A stretch of DNA of 63,996 nt, counting the filler, from Thraustochytrium aureum (taxonomy: Eukaryota), in NCBI GenBank assembly GCA_012862495.1. It is 4 parts of 3 records of this genome, joined end to end, with 100 filler letters (N's around TTAATTAATTAA, not from the genome) between each part and the next. Parts side by side here need not be neighbours in the genome. Positions count along the whole stretch, not along the records: positions 1 to 17,136 come from BLSG01000073.1; positions 17,237 to 46,999 come from BLSG01000073.1; 2 more parts are not named here. One strand, written 5' to 3'. How positions within the stretch are numbered: position 1 is the stretch's first letter; each line of letters starts with the position of its first letter. The position numbers were made by a program, and so were the translations under genes. Of this stretch, positions 11,342 through 22,630 are shown one piece after another. The notes below the pieces were generated by a model that saw nothing but the letters and a program-made list of their open reading frames with translations, was not told where the DNA came from and searched no databases.

Positions 11342-12151
11342 NNNNNNNNNNNNNNNNNNNNNNNNNNNNNNNNNNNNNNNNNNNNNNNNNNNNNNNNNNN
11401 NNNNNNNNNNNNNNNNNNNNNNNNNNNNNNNNNNNNNNNNNNNNNNNNNNNNNNNNNNNNNNNNNNNNNNNNNNNNNNNNNNNNNNNNNNNNNNNNNNNN
11501 NNNNNNNNNNNNNNNNNNNNNNNNNNNNNNNNNNNNNNNNNNNNNNNNNNNNNNNNNNNNNNNNNNNNNNNNNNNNNNNNNNNNNNNNNNNNNNNNNNNN
11601 NNNNNNNNNNNNNNNNNNNNNNNNNNNNNNNNNNNNNNNNNNNNNNNNNNNNNNNNNNNNNNNNNNNNNNNNNNNNNNNNNNNNNNNNNNNNNNNNNNNN
11701 NNNNNNNNNNNNNNNNNNNNNNNNNNNNNNNNNNNNNNNNNNNNNNNNNNNNNNNNNNNNNNNNNNNNNNNNNNNNNNNNNNNNNNNNNNNNNNNNNNNN
11801 NNNNNNNNNNNNNNNNNNNNNNNNNNNNNNNNNNNNNNNNNNNNNNNNNNNNNNNNNNNNNNNNNNNNNNNNNNNNNNNNNNNNNNNNNNNNNNNNNNNN
11901 NNNNNNNNNNNNNNNNNNNNNNNNNNNNNNNNNNNNNNNNNNNNNNNNNNNNNNNNNNNNNNNNNNNNNNNNNNNNNNNNNNNNNNNNNNNNNNNNNNNN
12001 NNNNNNNNNNNNNNNNNNNNNNNNNNNNNNNNNNNNNNNNNNNNNNNNNNNNNNNNNNNNNNNNNNNNNNNNNNNNNNNNNNNNNNNNNNNNNNNNNNNN
12101 NNNNNNNNNNNNNNNNNNNNNNNNNATGACCGCGTTCCACCGCGCGCTTTC

Positions 12152-13300
12152 TCATTGCTCGCGGGACGAGGCGGCCGCAGCCTGCGATCGCGTGGCGGTG
12201 CGGAACTTGGAGCCGAACTCGCAAGCTACCTCATTGCAGAGGTCCGCGGGCGACTGTCCACCCCCGCCGCTGCCCTCGTGCAAGAGTTTGGGAAAGAAGA
12301 GGTGCCCCGTGAGCGCCTCCACGAGCCGGATCGGGGCTTGAAACGCACGGAGCGGCGTCCCTGCCTTAATCTCTTGGTTTGGCACAACGAAGGCAGCGAG
12401 GAACGCGGCGTCGCGGCCGCGCAAACCCAAAACGACCTTGTAGAGGTGTGAAGGGACGGGGAGCAGCGGGGCCATCCCGCGGCTGCGTTCCGATCCCGCG
12501 CGAGCAGCGAGCTGCGCCATCGTGGGGTCCCCCTCCAGCGCAAGAGCGATGCTGGCTGCGTCTTCCGCGGCCTGCGCCTTGGCTGCACGGGCGCGGCTCT
12601 TTGGCGGCTCCACCTCGTTGAAGCTGTGCCCGACAAAGTCGAGCTTGGCATACCACTCGCCCCTGTCCGCATCTAACTGCGGCAGGTAGAGCGGCCCTGT
12701 TATGACGTGAACCTCGTCGAAAACCTCGGTGAGTCTGCGGACAAAGCTCTCCAAGTCACTCCAGTACCCCCGGTTCAGGCTCGGGTTTTGGGGGACCACA
12801 TTTGACATGACGAACGTGTCCTTCATCTCGTTTTGCGAGCACTTGAAGTCGGCGGCAGGGACAAGGTGGCCTCTGTCGTAGCCAGTCTTGTTGTAGTCTG
12901 CCGCGCGGACGCGGTATAGCTCGTCCTCTGAGTCGTCCTCGTGGAATGTCGTTGGGCGCTTGGCGTCGCCCTGCACGCTCTCGCTCGTCAGTCGCTCGTA
13001 AGCAAACGTTGCGGTGCGCAGCCGCCGGTCAAACCCGAGCACAAAGCTTTTGTGGTGCTTGACCTCGTAGGGCGGCACCGGCAGCCCAAACGGCGCCAGC
13101 GACAAGCGGCGCACGAGACTGGGCGCGCCTTGCCGGCTCTCGGGCGCTGGCGGGAGCAGCAGCGGTGGTGGCAGCGTGCGCGGCTGCTCGTGTGCCGGCC
13201 CAGCGCCTGCTTTTCCGGCGACGCGCGCAAGCCACAAGTAGGTAGCCCCAGCGCCGGCCACAGCGCCCGCCGTTGCGGCGCCAACCCACGCCGCAACCAT
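12152..13300 (-). CDS. ENDOG: Endonuclease G / NUC1-like DNA/RNA non-specific nuclease
   Basis: Catalytic GYDRGHLVPAAD, TFVMSNVVPQNPSLNRGYW, VHVITGPLYLP, VPSHLYKV; N-terminal hydrophobic targeting segment. Confidence 0.93.
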   Translation of the reverse strand: MVAAWVGAATAGAVAGAGATYLWLARVAGKAGAGPAHEQPRTLPPPLLLPPAPESRQGAPSLVRRLSLAPFGLPVPPYEVKHHKSFVLGFDRRLRTATFAYERLTSESVQGDAKRPTTFHEDDSEDELYRVRAADYNKTGYDRGHLVPAADFKCSQNEMKDTFVMSNVVPQNPSLNRGYWSDLESFVRRLTEVFDEVHVITGPLYLPQLDADRGEWYAKLDFVGHSFNEVEPPKSRARAAKAQAAEDAASIALALEGDPTMAQLAARAGSERSRGMAPLLPVPSHLYKVVLGLRGRDAAFLAAFVVPNQEIKAGTPLRAFQAPIRLVEALTGHLFFPKLLHEGSGGGGQSPADLCNEVACEFGSKFRTATRSQAAAASSREQ

Positions 13301-14026
13301 CCTTCTAGNNNNNNNNNNNNNNNNNNNNNNNNNNNNNNNNNNNNNNNNNNNNNNNNNNNNNNNNNNNNNNNNNNNNNNNNNNNNNNNNNNNNNNNNNNNN
13401 NNNNNNNNNNNNNNNNNNNNNNNNNNNNNNNNNNNNNNNNNNNNNNNNNNNNNNNNNNNNNNNNNNNNNNNNNNNNNNNNNNNNNNNNNNNNNNNNNNNN
13501 NNNNNNNNNNNNNNNNNNNNNNNNNNNNNNNNNNNNNNNNNNNNNNNNNNNNNNNNNNNNNNNNNNNNNNNNNNNNNNNNNNNNNNNNNNNNNNNNNNNN
13601 NNNNNNNNNNNNNNNNNNNNNNNNNNNNNNNNNNNNNNNNNNNNNNNNNNNNNNNNNNNNNNNNNNNNNNNNNNNNNNNNNNNNNNNNNNNNNNNNNNNN
13701 NNNNNNNNNNNNNNNNNNNNNNNNNNNNNNNNNNNNNNNNNNNNNNNNNNNNNNNNNNNNNNNNNNNNNNNNNNNNNNNNNNNNNNNNNNNNNNNNNNNN
13801 NNNNNNNNNNNNNNNNNNNNNNNNNNNNNNNNNNNNNNNNNNNNNNNNNNNNNNNNNNNNNNNNNNNNNNNNNNNNNNNNNNNNNNNNNNNNNNNNNNNN
13901 NNNNNNNNNNNNNNNNNNNNNNNNNNNNNNNNNNNNNNNNNNNNNNNNNNNNNNNNNNNNNNNNNNNNNNNNNNNNNNNNNNNNNNNNNNNNNNNNNNNN
14001 NNNNNNGGGATGCGGCCGGCGAGGAG

Positions 14027-15431
14027 GCCGTTGCGCGAGGAGAGGCTGAGGGCGCCGCGGACGAGGGGGACGAGTTTCAGGCTGGACTTGACGTGCTGGG
14101 GAAGGGCGGAAGTGGCGTTCCGGTCGCCGTGGAGTGGACTGCTGCTCGTGACGGGGCCCTCGGGGGGGCGCAGCTGGAAACGGGGCTGAAGGGCGAGCCG
14201 GCCGGCCTTCTTTCGGAGGAGGTGCAGCTTGCCGTCGACAAGCTCTCCGCAGGGATCCTCAAGCTGGACGAGAAAAGTTGTCAATGTCGAAAAGGAGGTG
14301 GTCGCGACCAACGACTCGCTCGAGCGCCTCCGCGTCGAGTCTGAAACGACAAAGCACCTGCTGACTGGGACAGCCAGGCTCGGCGAGCAGCTCCAAAATC
14401 TCCATGCTACCGTGGAAGGGCTCGTGGGACTCTTCAAGATGGGACACGTGCTTGCCGCGAGCCGAATCGGGGAAGAGGGGGCGTCCCCCGAGTACTACGC
14501 CCATCCGGAAACGATCAAGCGGGATCGCGAGCCGGGCTTTGAGCGTCTCGACTACTGGCAAGTGCACGGCAGCGGTTTTGGCAACGTGAAGAGGTCTCGC
14601 CTTGAGAGCCTGCTGCTCGCGACGTCTACGATCGAGCGGGAGGGCGTCTCCGGCTCGGGGTCGCCGACGTCTTCGTCTAGCCCCGCCTCCGCCCAACAGG
14701 CCATGGAGGCCCAGGAGTGCGCCTCTACACCCGCAGAGCCGCCGCGACGAGCACCTCGACGGGCAAGGGCCAAGTTGCGAGCAAAGCGCACCGCAGAAGA
14801 TGCGGCGCAAGAGGCGCAAGCGCAGCAGCGCGAGCCTTATTACGATGGCGACGGTAAGTCGAGGGACGCGCTGCTCGCGTGTCTCGAGGACCTGCGCCGG
14901 CCCACGCTTGACGATGAGCCCTACTACCTGTGGGATTTGTTCTACAACGGCGTTCGCGTGCAGGACCCGGGCTCAGGGGAGGTCCGCTTCCAGCGCTCGC
15001 TCAACAGCCTCGAGGAATGCTTTAAGCGCGAGCGGATCAGCCAAAAGATTTACGCCAAAGGGGAAAAGGGGCGCAAGATGTGGGGCAAGTGCAGGGCCAT
15101 CGCGGTCGCCTACAACGCTGGGATGGCGCAGGCCCGCGCTTGCATCCAGCCCGGGCCTGCTGCGACGGAGGCCGAGGTCAGCCATCGTCGAAAGGCATTC
15201 GCCGACCAAAGGTTCACCGACATGTACAACCGGCTCCTCGACGAAGGGCACAGGGTTCAAGCGTCGGGTTCCGGGGGCAAGCTGAACTTCAACAAGCTGG
15301 GAATTTACCTGATTTCCGCTCGAGCGCGCGAGGGGTTCGCTTCTCCGACAGCCACCAAAACGGAGGACCCGGAGCCGAGCCGACACTCCACGAGGGAGGT
15401 GCTGGCTCCGCGTCTCCGTGCTTCGCATTAG
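14027..15431 (+). CDS. Coiled-coil protein with C-terminal GCR1_C-like domain (5' end in gap; frameshift near 14275)
   Basis: Two frames join if one A is removed from GAGAAAAGTT. The C-terminal LWDLFYNG...SLNSLEE...RKMWGKCRAI...LNFNKL pattern resembles GCR1_C (by eye only). Confidence 0.55.
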
Positions 15432-15685
15432 CTTGGTGGCGCACCCTGTTTTGATCAAGATCAAGAATTGGTTCAGCAAGTGGCCTGTCCTGACCCAGCC
15501 GGCCGGAGCCATGGTGACAAGTCGGTGGGCGTGTTCCGCGAGGTGGGAAGCACCAGTTCCAACAAACAATTCAAAAAAAGCTTGTTATCCTACCCTGCAG
15601 TAACATGCGTTCTCACATTCCCAGCGGCACAGGCTTGGTTGGCGGGTCCGTAACGACGGCCTCGATGGCGGACGCGGCAGGGTGT

Positions 15686-15775
15686 TGCGCGCAGACGGGC
15701 CCGGCGAGACGGGCATGGCGCGCAGACGAGCACGGCGCGCAGACGGGCACAGCGCGCAGACGGGCACGGCGCGCC
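15686..15775. repeat. Imperfect tandem repeat with core GCGCGCAGACGGGCAC
   Basis: About five imperfect copies visible. Confidence 0.75.
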
Positions 15776-15883
15776 GAGCGATTGACGCCGTCGCCAACGC
15801 CTACGGCGTCGGGCGCCCCAGTTGGGGCGGAAACGCATCGTCGAGCCAAGTCAAAGTCGGCAACACCAAGGCGCCCTTCGCGC

Positions 15884-17136
15884 TCAGTCGACCTTTTTGC
15901 GCAGCTTGGANNNNNNNNNNNNNNNNNNNNNNNNNNNNNNNNNNNNNNNNNNNNNNNNNNNNNNNNNNNNNNNNAGTCGACCTTTTTGCGCAGCTTGGAT
16001 GCCTCGTAGTCCATGCTGCTCAGGCGCTGCGTGAGCGTGGGATGGCTGTGGTAAAAGGCGGCGTAGAGCGGGTCGATGTGGAACGAGGAGAGGTTTGAAA
16101 GCGAGATCTTGCAGAGCCCCGACTTGAGCTCATCAACTTTGCCAAGGCTGACAGCGTACGCGTCGGCCTCGTACTCAAAGCGCCGCGTGAGCGAATTCGC
16201 GAACAGCCCAAGGACAGCCCCAACCGGAGACATGATGTCCATGAACAGGTTGAGGCCGATGATGACGGGGTGGTCCACGAACCCAAACGACGCATACATG
16301 TCTGGGTCGTGCAAGAAGAACGCGAAGCCGCGGAACACGAGCAGGAATACAAAGTTTTGCAGAAGAAAGCCCTTGAGCGTGTGGCTCAGCTTCCAGTGCC
16401 CGCACTCGTGCGCCAGAATGCCAACAATCTCCTCTGTCGAGCACTCTAGCGCAGGGTCGTCCGCGTTGGTGATCAGGGTGTCGTAGAGGACGATGCGCTT
16501 GTCCTTGTGGAAGCCAAACAGGTACGCGTTCGAGTGGCTCGAGCGCGTCGATCCGTCCACCATGTACAACTTGGTGAGCGGAAATTCGAGCGAGGCGGCG
16601 AGCGCTTCGATCGCCTCCTTGAGCTCGCCCGCCGGCAGCGGCTCGTACTTGTTGAAGAGCGGCATGATAAAGTTGGGGTAGACGGTCAGCATCGCCAAGC
16701 TAAACCCGCAAGTGAGCATCCAGACGTAGAGCCAAAAGCCCTCGCCGCCCCAGCGAACAACCTTGACTATGCCTGCCATGAGCGGGATGAACAGCACGTT
16801 CTCCACGGCGAGGCCCTTGACGACGTCGGAAAAGTAAAGGGCGGGCGTCATCTTGTTGAATCCGTGCTTGCCTTCCACCACAAACGTGCTGTAAAGGCTG
16901 GTCGGGAGGTTGATGACGACGTTCAGCAAGCTCTGCGCCACGAGGAAGAGGCTCCCCACGACGATCTCGTTCGCGGCCGGGTCGAGGCCGAACCAGGATG
17001 CGGTGGCCTCCTCAGCTTTGACCCAGATCCAAACGCTCGCCCCAGTGAGCACCATCGTCAAGTTGGCTACTGTGGAGTAGGAGATGTTGAAAAAGGACGC
17101 CGAGTTCTTGTCCAGGTTGTACGCCTGCGACTTGGC
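15884..17136 (-). CDS. STE24: CAAX prenyl protease 1 (peptidase M48), 5'-truncated
   Basis: DGSTRSSHSNAYLFG, KRIVLYDTL, zinc motif LAHECGHW, EYEADAYA, YHSHPTL. A 25-bp sequence duplicated on both sides of the 15911-15974 gap places the true stop at 15884. Confidence 0.95.
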
Positions 17137-17180
17137 NNNNNNNNNNNNNNNNNNNNNNNNNNNNNNNNNNNNNNNNNNNN

Positions 17181-17192
17181 TTAATTAATTAA
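17181..17192. other. Artificial scaffold linker TTAATTAATTAA
   Basis: Six-frame stop spacer flanked by symmetric N runs. Confidence 0.95.
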
Positions 17193-17236
17193 NNNNNNNN
17201 NNNNNNNNNNNNNNNNNNNNNNNNNNNNNNNNNNNN

Positions 17237-18051
17237 CTCAACATAATCATGTACGTCACCGGGTTCGCTTTCGTGTTGTTCGTGTACCACTTTTTGAGCG
17301 ACGGGGACTTTTCTTTCCTGCTGACGCTGGGCGGCGTTACGCGCTTTTTCGGGTTTTGCTTCTTGCTTGTGCAGTTCAAGTCGGAACGCAGCTGTCAAGG
17401 GGTCTCTCTGAAGACGCTCGAGCTGTACTCGCTCGTGTTTCTGTTCCGGCTGTGCAGTATCCTCTTCTACGAGGGCTACCTGCCGTACGACTCTTCAGGC
17501 GACTACTTTTACCAGACGATCGAGGTGCTGAGCCTGCTCGCCGTGTGCGCGCTGATCGCCATGACCCTGAGCGTCTACAAGGGCACCTACTCGGCGCAGA
17601 ACGACAGTTTTGGCAAGGTCCAGAACATCCCGAACGAGCTCGGCCCGGTGGTCCTCATCGTGCCCTGCTTTTTCCTCGCCCTGCTCTTGCACCCAAGCCT
17701 GAACCGCAACCCGTTCACGGACATCTCGTGGACGTTTTCCCCTACCTGGAAGCCGTGGCGATCCTCCCGCAGTTCCACATGCTGCAAAAGGCCAACCAGG
17801 CTGTTGAGCCGTGGGTGAGCCATTTCTGCTTTGCCATCGGGCTCGCGAGGCTTTTCGACACGATCTTTTGGGCGAGCTCGTACCACGAGCTCTCGGACGC
17901 GCACTCGATCGGGATTACAGGCGGCTGGACCGGCCGCTTCGTGCTGCTGTGCCAGATCATTCACATCGGCATCATGGCGGACTTTTGCTACTACTACGTC
18001 AAGGCCTCCATGTCGCACAGCCCGCTGGTGCTCCCTGGCCTCCAGGTCTGA
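17237..18051 (+). CDS. ER lumen protein-retaining receptor (KDEL/ERD2-related); 5'-partial, frameshift near 17740
   Basis: GVSLKTLELYSLVFLFRL, YLPYDSSGD, DISWTF|YLEAVAILPQ, MADFCYYY; multiple TM helices. Confidence 0.9.
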
Positions 18052-18890
18052 GTTTTTTCTTTGTAGCAATGGTGGGTGGGTGTGGGCTACGCGTGATCGA
18101 TCCTGCTGATGGGCTGGCTTGGCGGGTCGCGGGGCGGTCCGGCGCGGGGCTGCCGCTCGCGAGCTGAATCTGCAGCGCGTCCGCCAAGCTTCCTCCAGCT
18201 GGCGGAGCGTCCATCCAGCTCGCGAGCACTCTCGCGCCCCCGGCTCGAGCAACTCTAGAGCGAGTGTAGCAACTCTCGAGCATTAGCGGCTTCTAAAGAC
18301 AGAGAAGACTATTCCTTTCCTCGCTCGCGCCCTCGCTCGTCCGACAGTCATCGCGACCACCACCGTGAAACCCGAGCGCGAACCCGGCGCGCCAAGCGCG
18401 CGGCGCACGTAACCGGCATCTCCCCGTCACGCGTCCGACTCGCGTGAGCTTCGTCGCACTCGGCGAAAGCTCCCGAGGCGCCTCGACTCGGCAAATCCGA
18501 GAGACCTCCTCCCCTCCCCTTCCACTAGTAGGCCTAGTTTATGTGTATCCACNNNNNNNNNNNNNNNNNNNNNNNNNNNNNNNNNNNNNNNNNNNNNNNN
18601 NNNNNNNNNNNNNNNNNNNNNNNNNNNNNNNNNNNNNNNNNNNNNNNNNNNNNNNNNNNNNNNNNNNNNNNNNNNNNNNNNNNNNNNNNNNNNNNNNNNN
18701 NNNNNNNNNNNNNNNNNNNNNNNNNNNNNNNNNNNNNNNNNNNNNNNNNNNNNNNNNNNNNNNNNNNNGCGGCGGCTGTTGCCGGCTGGGGGCGGCCGGT
18801 TGGGCGGATTCGGTCGGCCGGCCTCTGGGAGGCGAACCGGGGAGGGGCACCGGCGAGGGCCGGAGCGGCGGGGAGGCGCGCGGGGACGCG

Positions 18891-20900
18891 ATGGCGGATA
18901 ATAGGGCGATTCAACTCGAGGAGGGATGGGCGGCGATCAAGAAGGCGATTGACAAGTTGATTGGTATCCTGTCCTCCGAGGAGGACTCGACGCCGTTCAC
19001 GCCAAACGAGTACGTGAACGTGTACACGCAGTGTTACAACATGTGCACGCAGCGGTCGCCACTCAACTGGTCGGAGGACCTCTACATGCGACACGGCGAG
19101 ACCATCGAGACCTACCTCAAGGGCCGCGTCGTCCCTGCGCTCCGAGAGAAGCGCGACGAGTTTCTCCTCAAGGAGATGGTGCTCCGCTGGAAGCACCACG
19201 AGGTGATGGACAAGTGGATGCGCAAGTTCTTCATGTACCTGGACCGCTACTACGTCAAGCACCACAGCATCGCCACGCTGCACGAAGCGAGCCTGGAAAA
19301 GTTTCGTTCGCTGGTCTTCACAGCCGTCGAGCCAGCGTTCGTGGGCGCCATCCTGGCCCAGATCAACATGGAGCGCGAGGGCGAAGTGGTGGACCGCGAC
19401 CTGCTCAAGCAGTGCGTCGCGGTTTTCGGCAAGATGTCCGACAAGCTCAAGGTCTACTTTGAGTCGCTTGAGGAGCCCTTGCTGGAGAGCACGCGCGGGT
19501 TTTACATGAAGAAGAGCCAGGAGTGGATCGCGCAGGACACGCTCCCGGCATACCTGGTCAAGGCGGAGGCGGCCCTCGACACGGAGCGAGAGCGCGTCGA
19601 CAACTACCTGGAAGCGAGCACCAAGACCAAGCTGCAAAGCGTCGTGGAGAAGGAGCTCCTTGCCCGCCACGAGATAACGCTGCTGGACAAGGAGGGCAGC
19701 GGCTGCCGCGCCCTCTTGCAAGACGAAAAGAAAGAGGACCTGGAACGGCTCTTCCGGCTCTTCGAGTCCGTGGACGGCGGCCTGCAGCCTATCGCCGCCA
19801 TCGTGCGCGAGCACATCACCAAGATGGGCGAGGACCTCGTCGGAAAGCGCGAGCTCGCGCTCGCTGCCGCCGCCTCGCACAAAGAGCGCGAAGCACTCGA
19901 CCCGCAGTTCGTGCAAAGCCTGCTGGACCTCCACGAAAAGTACCTCAGTCTCATCAACGAACAGTTCAAGGGCCACAGCCTGTTCCAAAAGGCGCTCAAA
20001 GAGGCCTTCGAGGTCTTTGTCAACCACGACATCGGCAAGGCCACCAACGCGGAGCTCATTAGCAGCTTCTGCGACCGCATCCTCAAGTCGGGCGGCGCAA
20101 AGCTCAGCGACACCGAGATCGAGTCGTACCTGGAGCGCACGGTGCAGCTCTTCGGTTACCTCAGCGACAAGGACCTGTTCAGTGAGGTGTACCGCAACCA
20201 GCTCGCCAAGCGCCTGCTCATGGGCCGCTCCGCGTCGGACGACGCCGAGCGGTCCATGATCGCCAAGCTCAAGCTCAGCTGCGGGGCGCAATTCACCTCC
20301 AAGATGGAGGGCATGGTCAAGGACTTGCTCACCGGCGACGAGTTCAAAAAGTGGTTCAAGGATATGGTTCGCTCGCGCGGCAAGGACCTGCTTCCCACCA
20401 AACACGCCAGCACACCGCTCTCGGCCTCGCCGACCGGCGACTTTGTATCTGTCGGCGGCATCGAGTTTGCGGTCGAGGTCCTGACCACAGGGCACTGGCC
20501 GACCTACAAGCAGATCGACCTGGCGCTGCCAGACGAGATGTCGCTGTGCATGGAGGTGTACAAGCGCTTTTACGACGAGAAAACCTCGCACCGGTGCCTC
20601 AAGTGGGTCCATTCCCTCGGCAACGCGGTCGTCAAGGCCAACTTTAAGCGCTCGTACGACCTCAACGTGACCACGCTGCAAGCCGTCGCGCTTCTCTCCT
20701 TCAACGGGGTTTCGGACTGGATCGGCTTTGAGGACGTGGTGCAGCGCTGCGTCTCGATGATGAGGTGGCCAAGCGCGTCATGCACTCGCTCTCCTGCTCC
20801 AAGCACAAGGTTCTTATCAAGGACCCGCCCTCGGCCAAGGCGATCAATAGCACCGACAAGTTTAAGGTCAACGATGCCTTTCAGTGCCCGATGCGCAAGA
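18891..20900 (+). CDS. CUL1: Cullin-1-like SCF scaffold (3' end in gap; frameshift near 20750)
   Basis: LEEGWAAI, CYNMCTQR, FMYLDRYYV, DKDLFSEVYRNQLAKRLL, CGAQFTSKMEGM, VLTTGHWPTY. Confidence 0.95.
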
Positions 20901-21325
20901 NNNNNNNNNNNNNNNNNNNNNNNNNNNNNNNNNNNNNNNNNNNNNNNNNNNNNNNNNNNNNNNNNNNNNNNNNNNNNNNNNNNNNNNNNNNNNNNNNNNN
21001 NNNNNNNNNNNNNNNNNNNNNNNNNNNNNNNNNNNNNNNNNNNNNNNNNNNNNNNNNNNNNNNNNNNNNNNNNNNNNNNNNNNNNNNNNNNNNNNNNNNN
21101 NNNNNNNNNNNNNNNNNNNNNNNNNNNNNNNNNNNNNNNNNNNNNNNNNNNNNNNNNNNNNNNNNNNNNNNNNNNNNNNNNNNNNNNNNNNNNNNNNNNN
21201 NNNNNNNNNNNNNNNNNNNNNNNNNNNNNNNNNNNNNNNNNNNNNNNNNNNNNNNNNNNNNNNNNNNNNNNNNNNNNNNNNNNNNNNNNNNNNNNNNNNN
21301 NNNNNNNNNNNNNNNNNNNNNNNNN

Positions 21326-21538
21326 CGAGACGCCTGTGATGTCAACCACGCCGAGCATCCCCAGGACAAAGTCAAGCATCGCCACAAAGTATAGGACTGT
21401 TCCCACGCAAACGCATATGCCGGTGCAATCTCCGGTATTCTCTTCGCCCTCGCCAGTCTGCACCGTGGCACCCTGGGCCCCGCCTTGCTGCGCCCCATCT
21501 TGCACCACTGTTGCCACGGGAATCTCCACTTGCGCCAT
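21326..21538 (-). CDS. N-terminal fragment of a hypothetical membrane protein
   Basis: MAQVEIPVATVV...GICVCVGTVLYFVAMLDFVLGMLGVV; continues into an N-gap. Confidence 0.45.
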
Positions 21539-22539
21539 CGCAGCGTCGCTGTCCACGTCCTCGCGCTCGCGCTCGCGTGCCCGTCGTTTGTATGCAGTCC
21601 TGTCGCGAAAGAAGTCTGAGCGCCGTTTGCATTGCCCGATGGCGACTGCCGCTCTGAAGGCAGGGCATCCTCTGAAGTGTCCGCTTGCCGAAGAAATCCG
21701 GTGAACTCGCGCTTGCGTTCGCTTCAATTGACTGTGCGTGATGCCTGCAGACGGAGTCTATCTCTCAGAGCTAGCAGAGCTGAGCCGGAGGAGCTTAAGC
21801 GCCCCTTCGAGCCGCCTCGCAGCTCCCGCGAAGTCAGCCGATTTGGCTGCATTTCTTGCGGTTTTGAGTTACCAAGGCGCCTAACAAAAACCGCGCCTGA
21901 CAAAAAACGCGTTCGCCGTCCGCCCTGCGCACACGCTTCCAACCCGAGCACGGTGCCGGCCGCGATCCTACCCTGAAGCATTCATTCACTGGCAACGCGC
22001 GCGCGAGAGACTGTGCTCACTCTACTTCGTCCTCACGCGAGGCGTTGCAAATGAAACAGCTCCGAGCCTGGCCAACGGCTCTCTCGCGTAGAGTGGAGCG
22101 AGCACTTCGTCGCATTCCAGTAAAACACGTGCGCGCACTCGGTTGGCACTCAGCGAGTCCGGCCACAGCGAACCCGATGTTCGCCCTCCGCGCCCCGCCG
22201 CCAACGCCGAACAAAGTAAGCAGGCCAACGTCATCCGACGGCCTCTGCGTGTCCAGTTGGCCCGCTGGACTTTCTTGGGCCCCTCGATGCACACACTCGG
22301 CTCGTCCAGGTCCCAACACCAGCAACGGACGGCGGCAACCTCGCGAGCAATCGGCCTGGCTTGCGCCAAGCTGCGCGTCCGGCGCCTCGTCGAGCGAGCG
22401 CCTAGGGCCCGAGGCTTGGGGCGCCTGCCACTGCGCAACTCGAGGGACAGCACACGCAAGCAAGTGGTGGTGACAGGTCACCGAGGTCTCCTCTCGCTCC
22501 GTCCAGCGCAGACCCCGAACGAGCGACCAAGGCCGGAGG

Positions 22540-22540
22540 G

Positions 22541-22584
<44 letters not shown>

Positions 22585-22590
22585 CCGGCA
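22540..22590. repeat. (GCAG)n microsatellite
   Basis: About 11 perfect units visible. Confidence 0.95.
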
Positions 22591-22630
22591 GGGGACAGTG
22601 CGAGTGGTCCGTGGGTGCGCGACGGCGGCG

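Noticed and set aside
15886..15999. Direct repeat flanking the small gap, and an apparent C-terminal extension of STE24
   Set aside because: The same 25 bp lies on both sides of the gap, indicating an unmerged contig overlap; the real stop is at 15884.
17137..17236. Palindromic TTAATTAATTAA motif, repeated at 47044 and 62707
   Set aside because: Always centred in symmetric N runs and gives stops in all six frames, so it is an assembly linker. Gene adjacency across these points has no meaning.
18534..20681. Long antisense ORFs opposite cullin and other genes, and ORFs spanning N runs
   Set aside because: Expected shadows of GC-rich codon usage, or artefacts of N translating as X.
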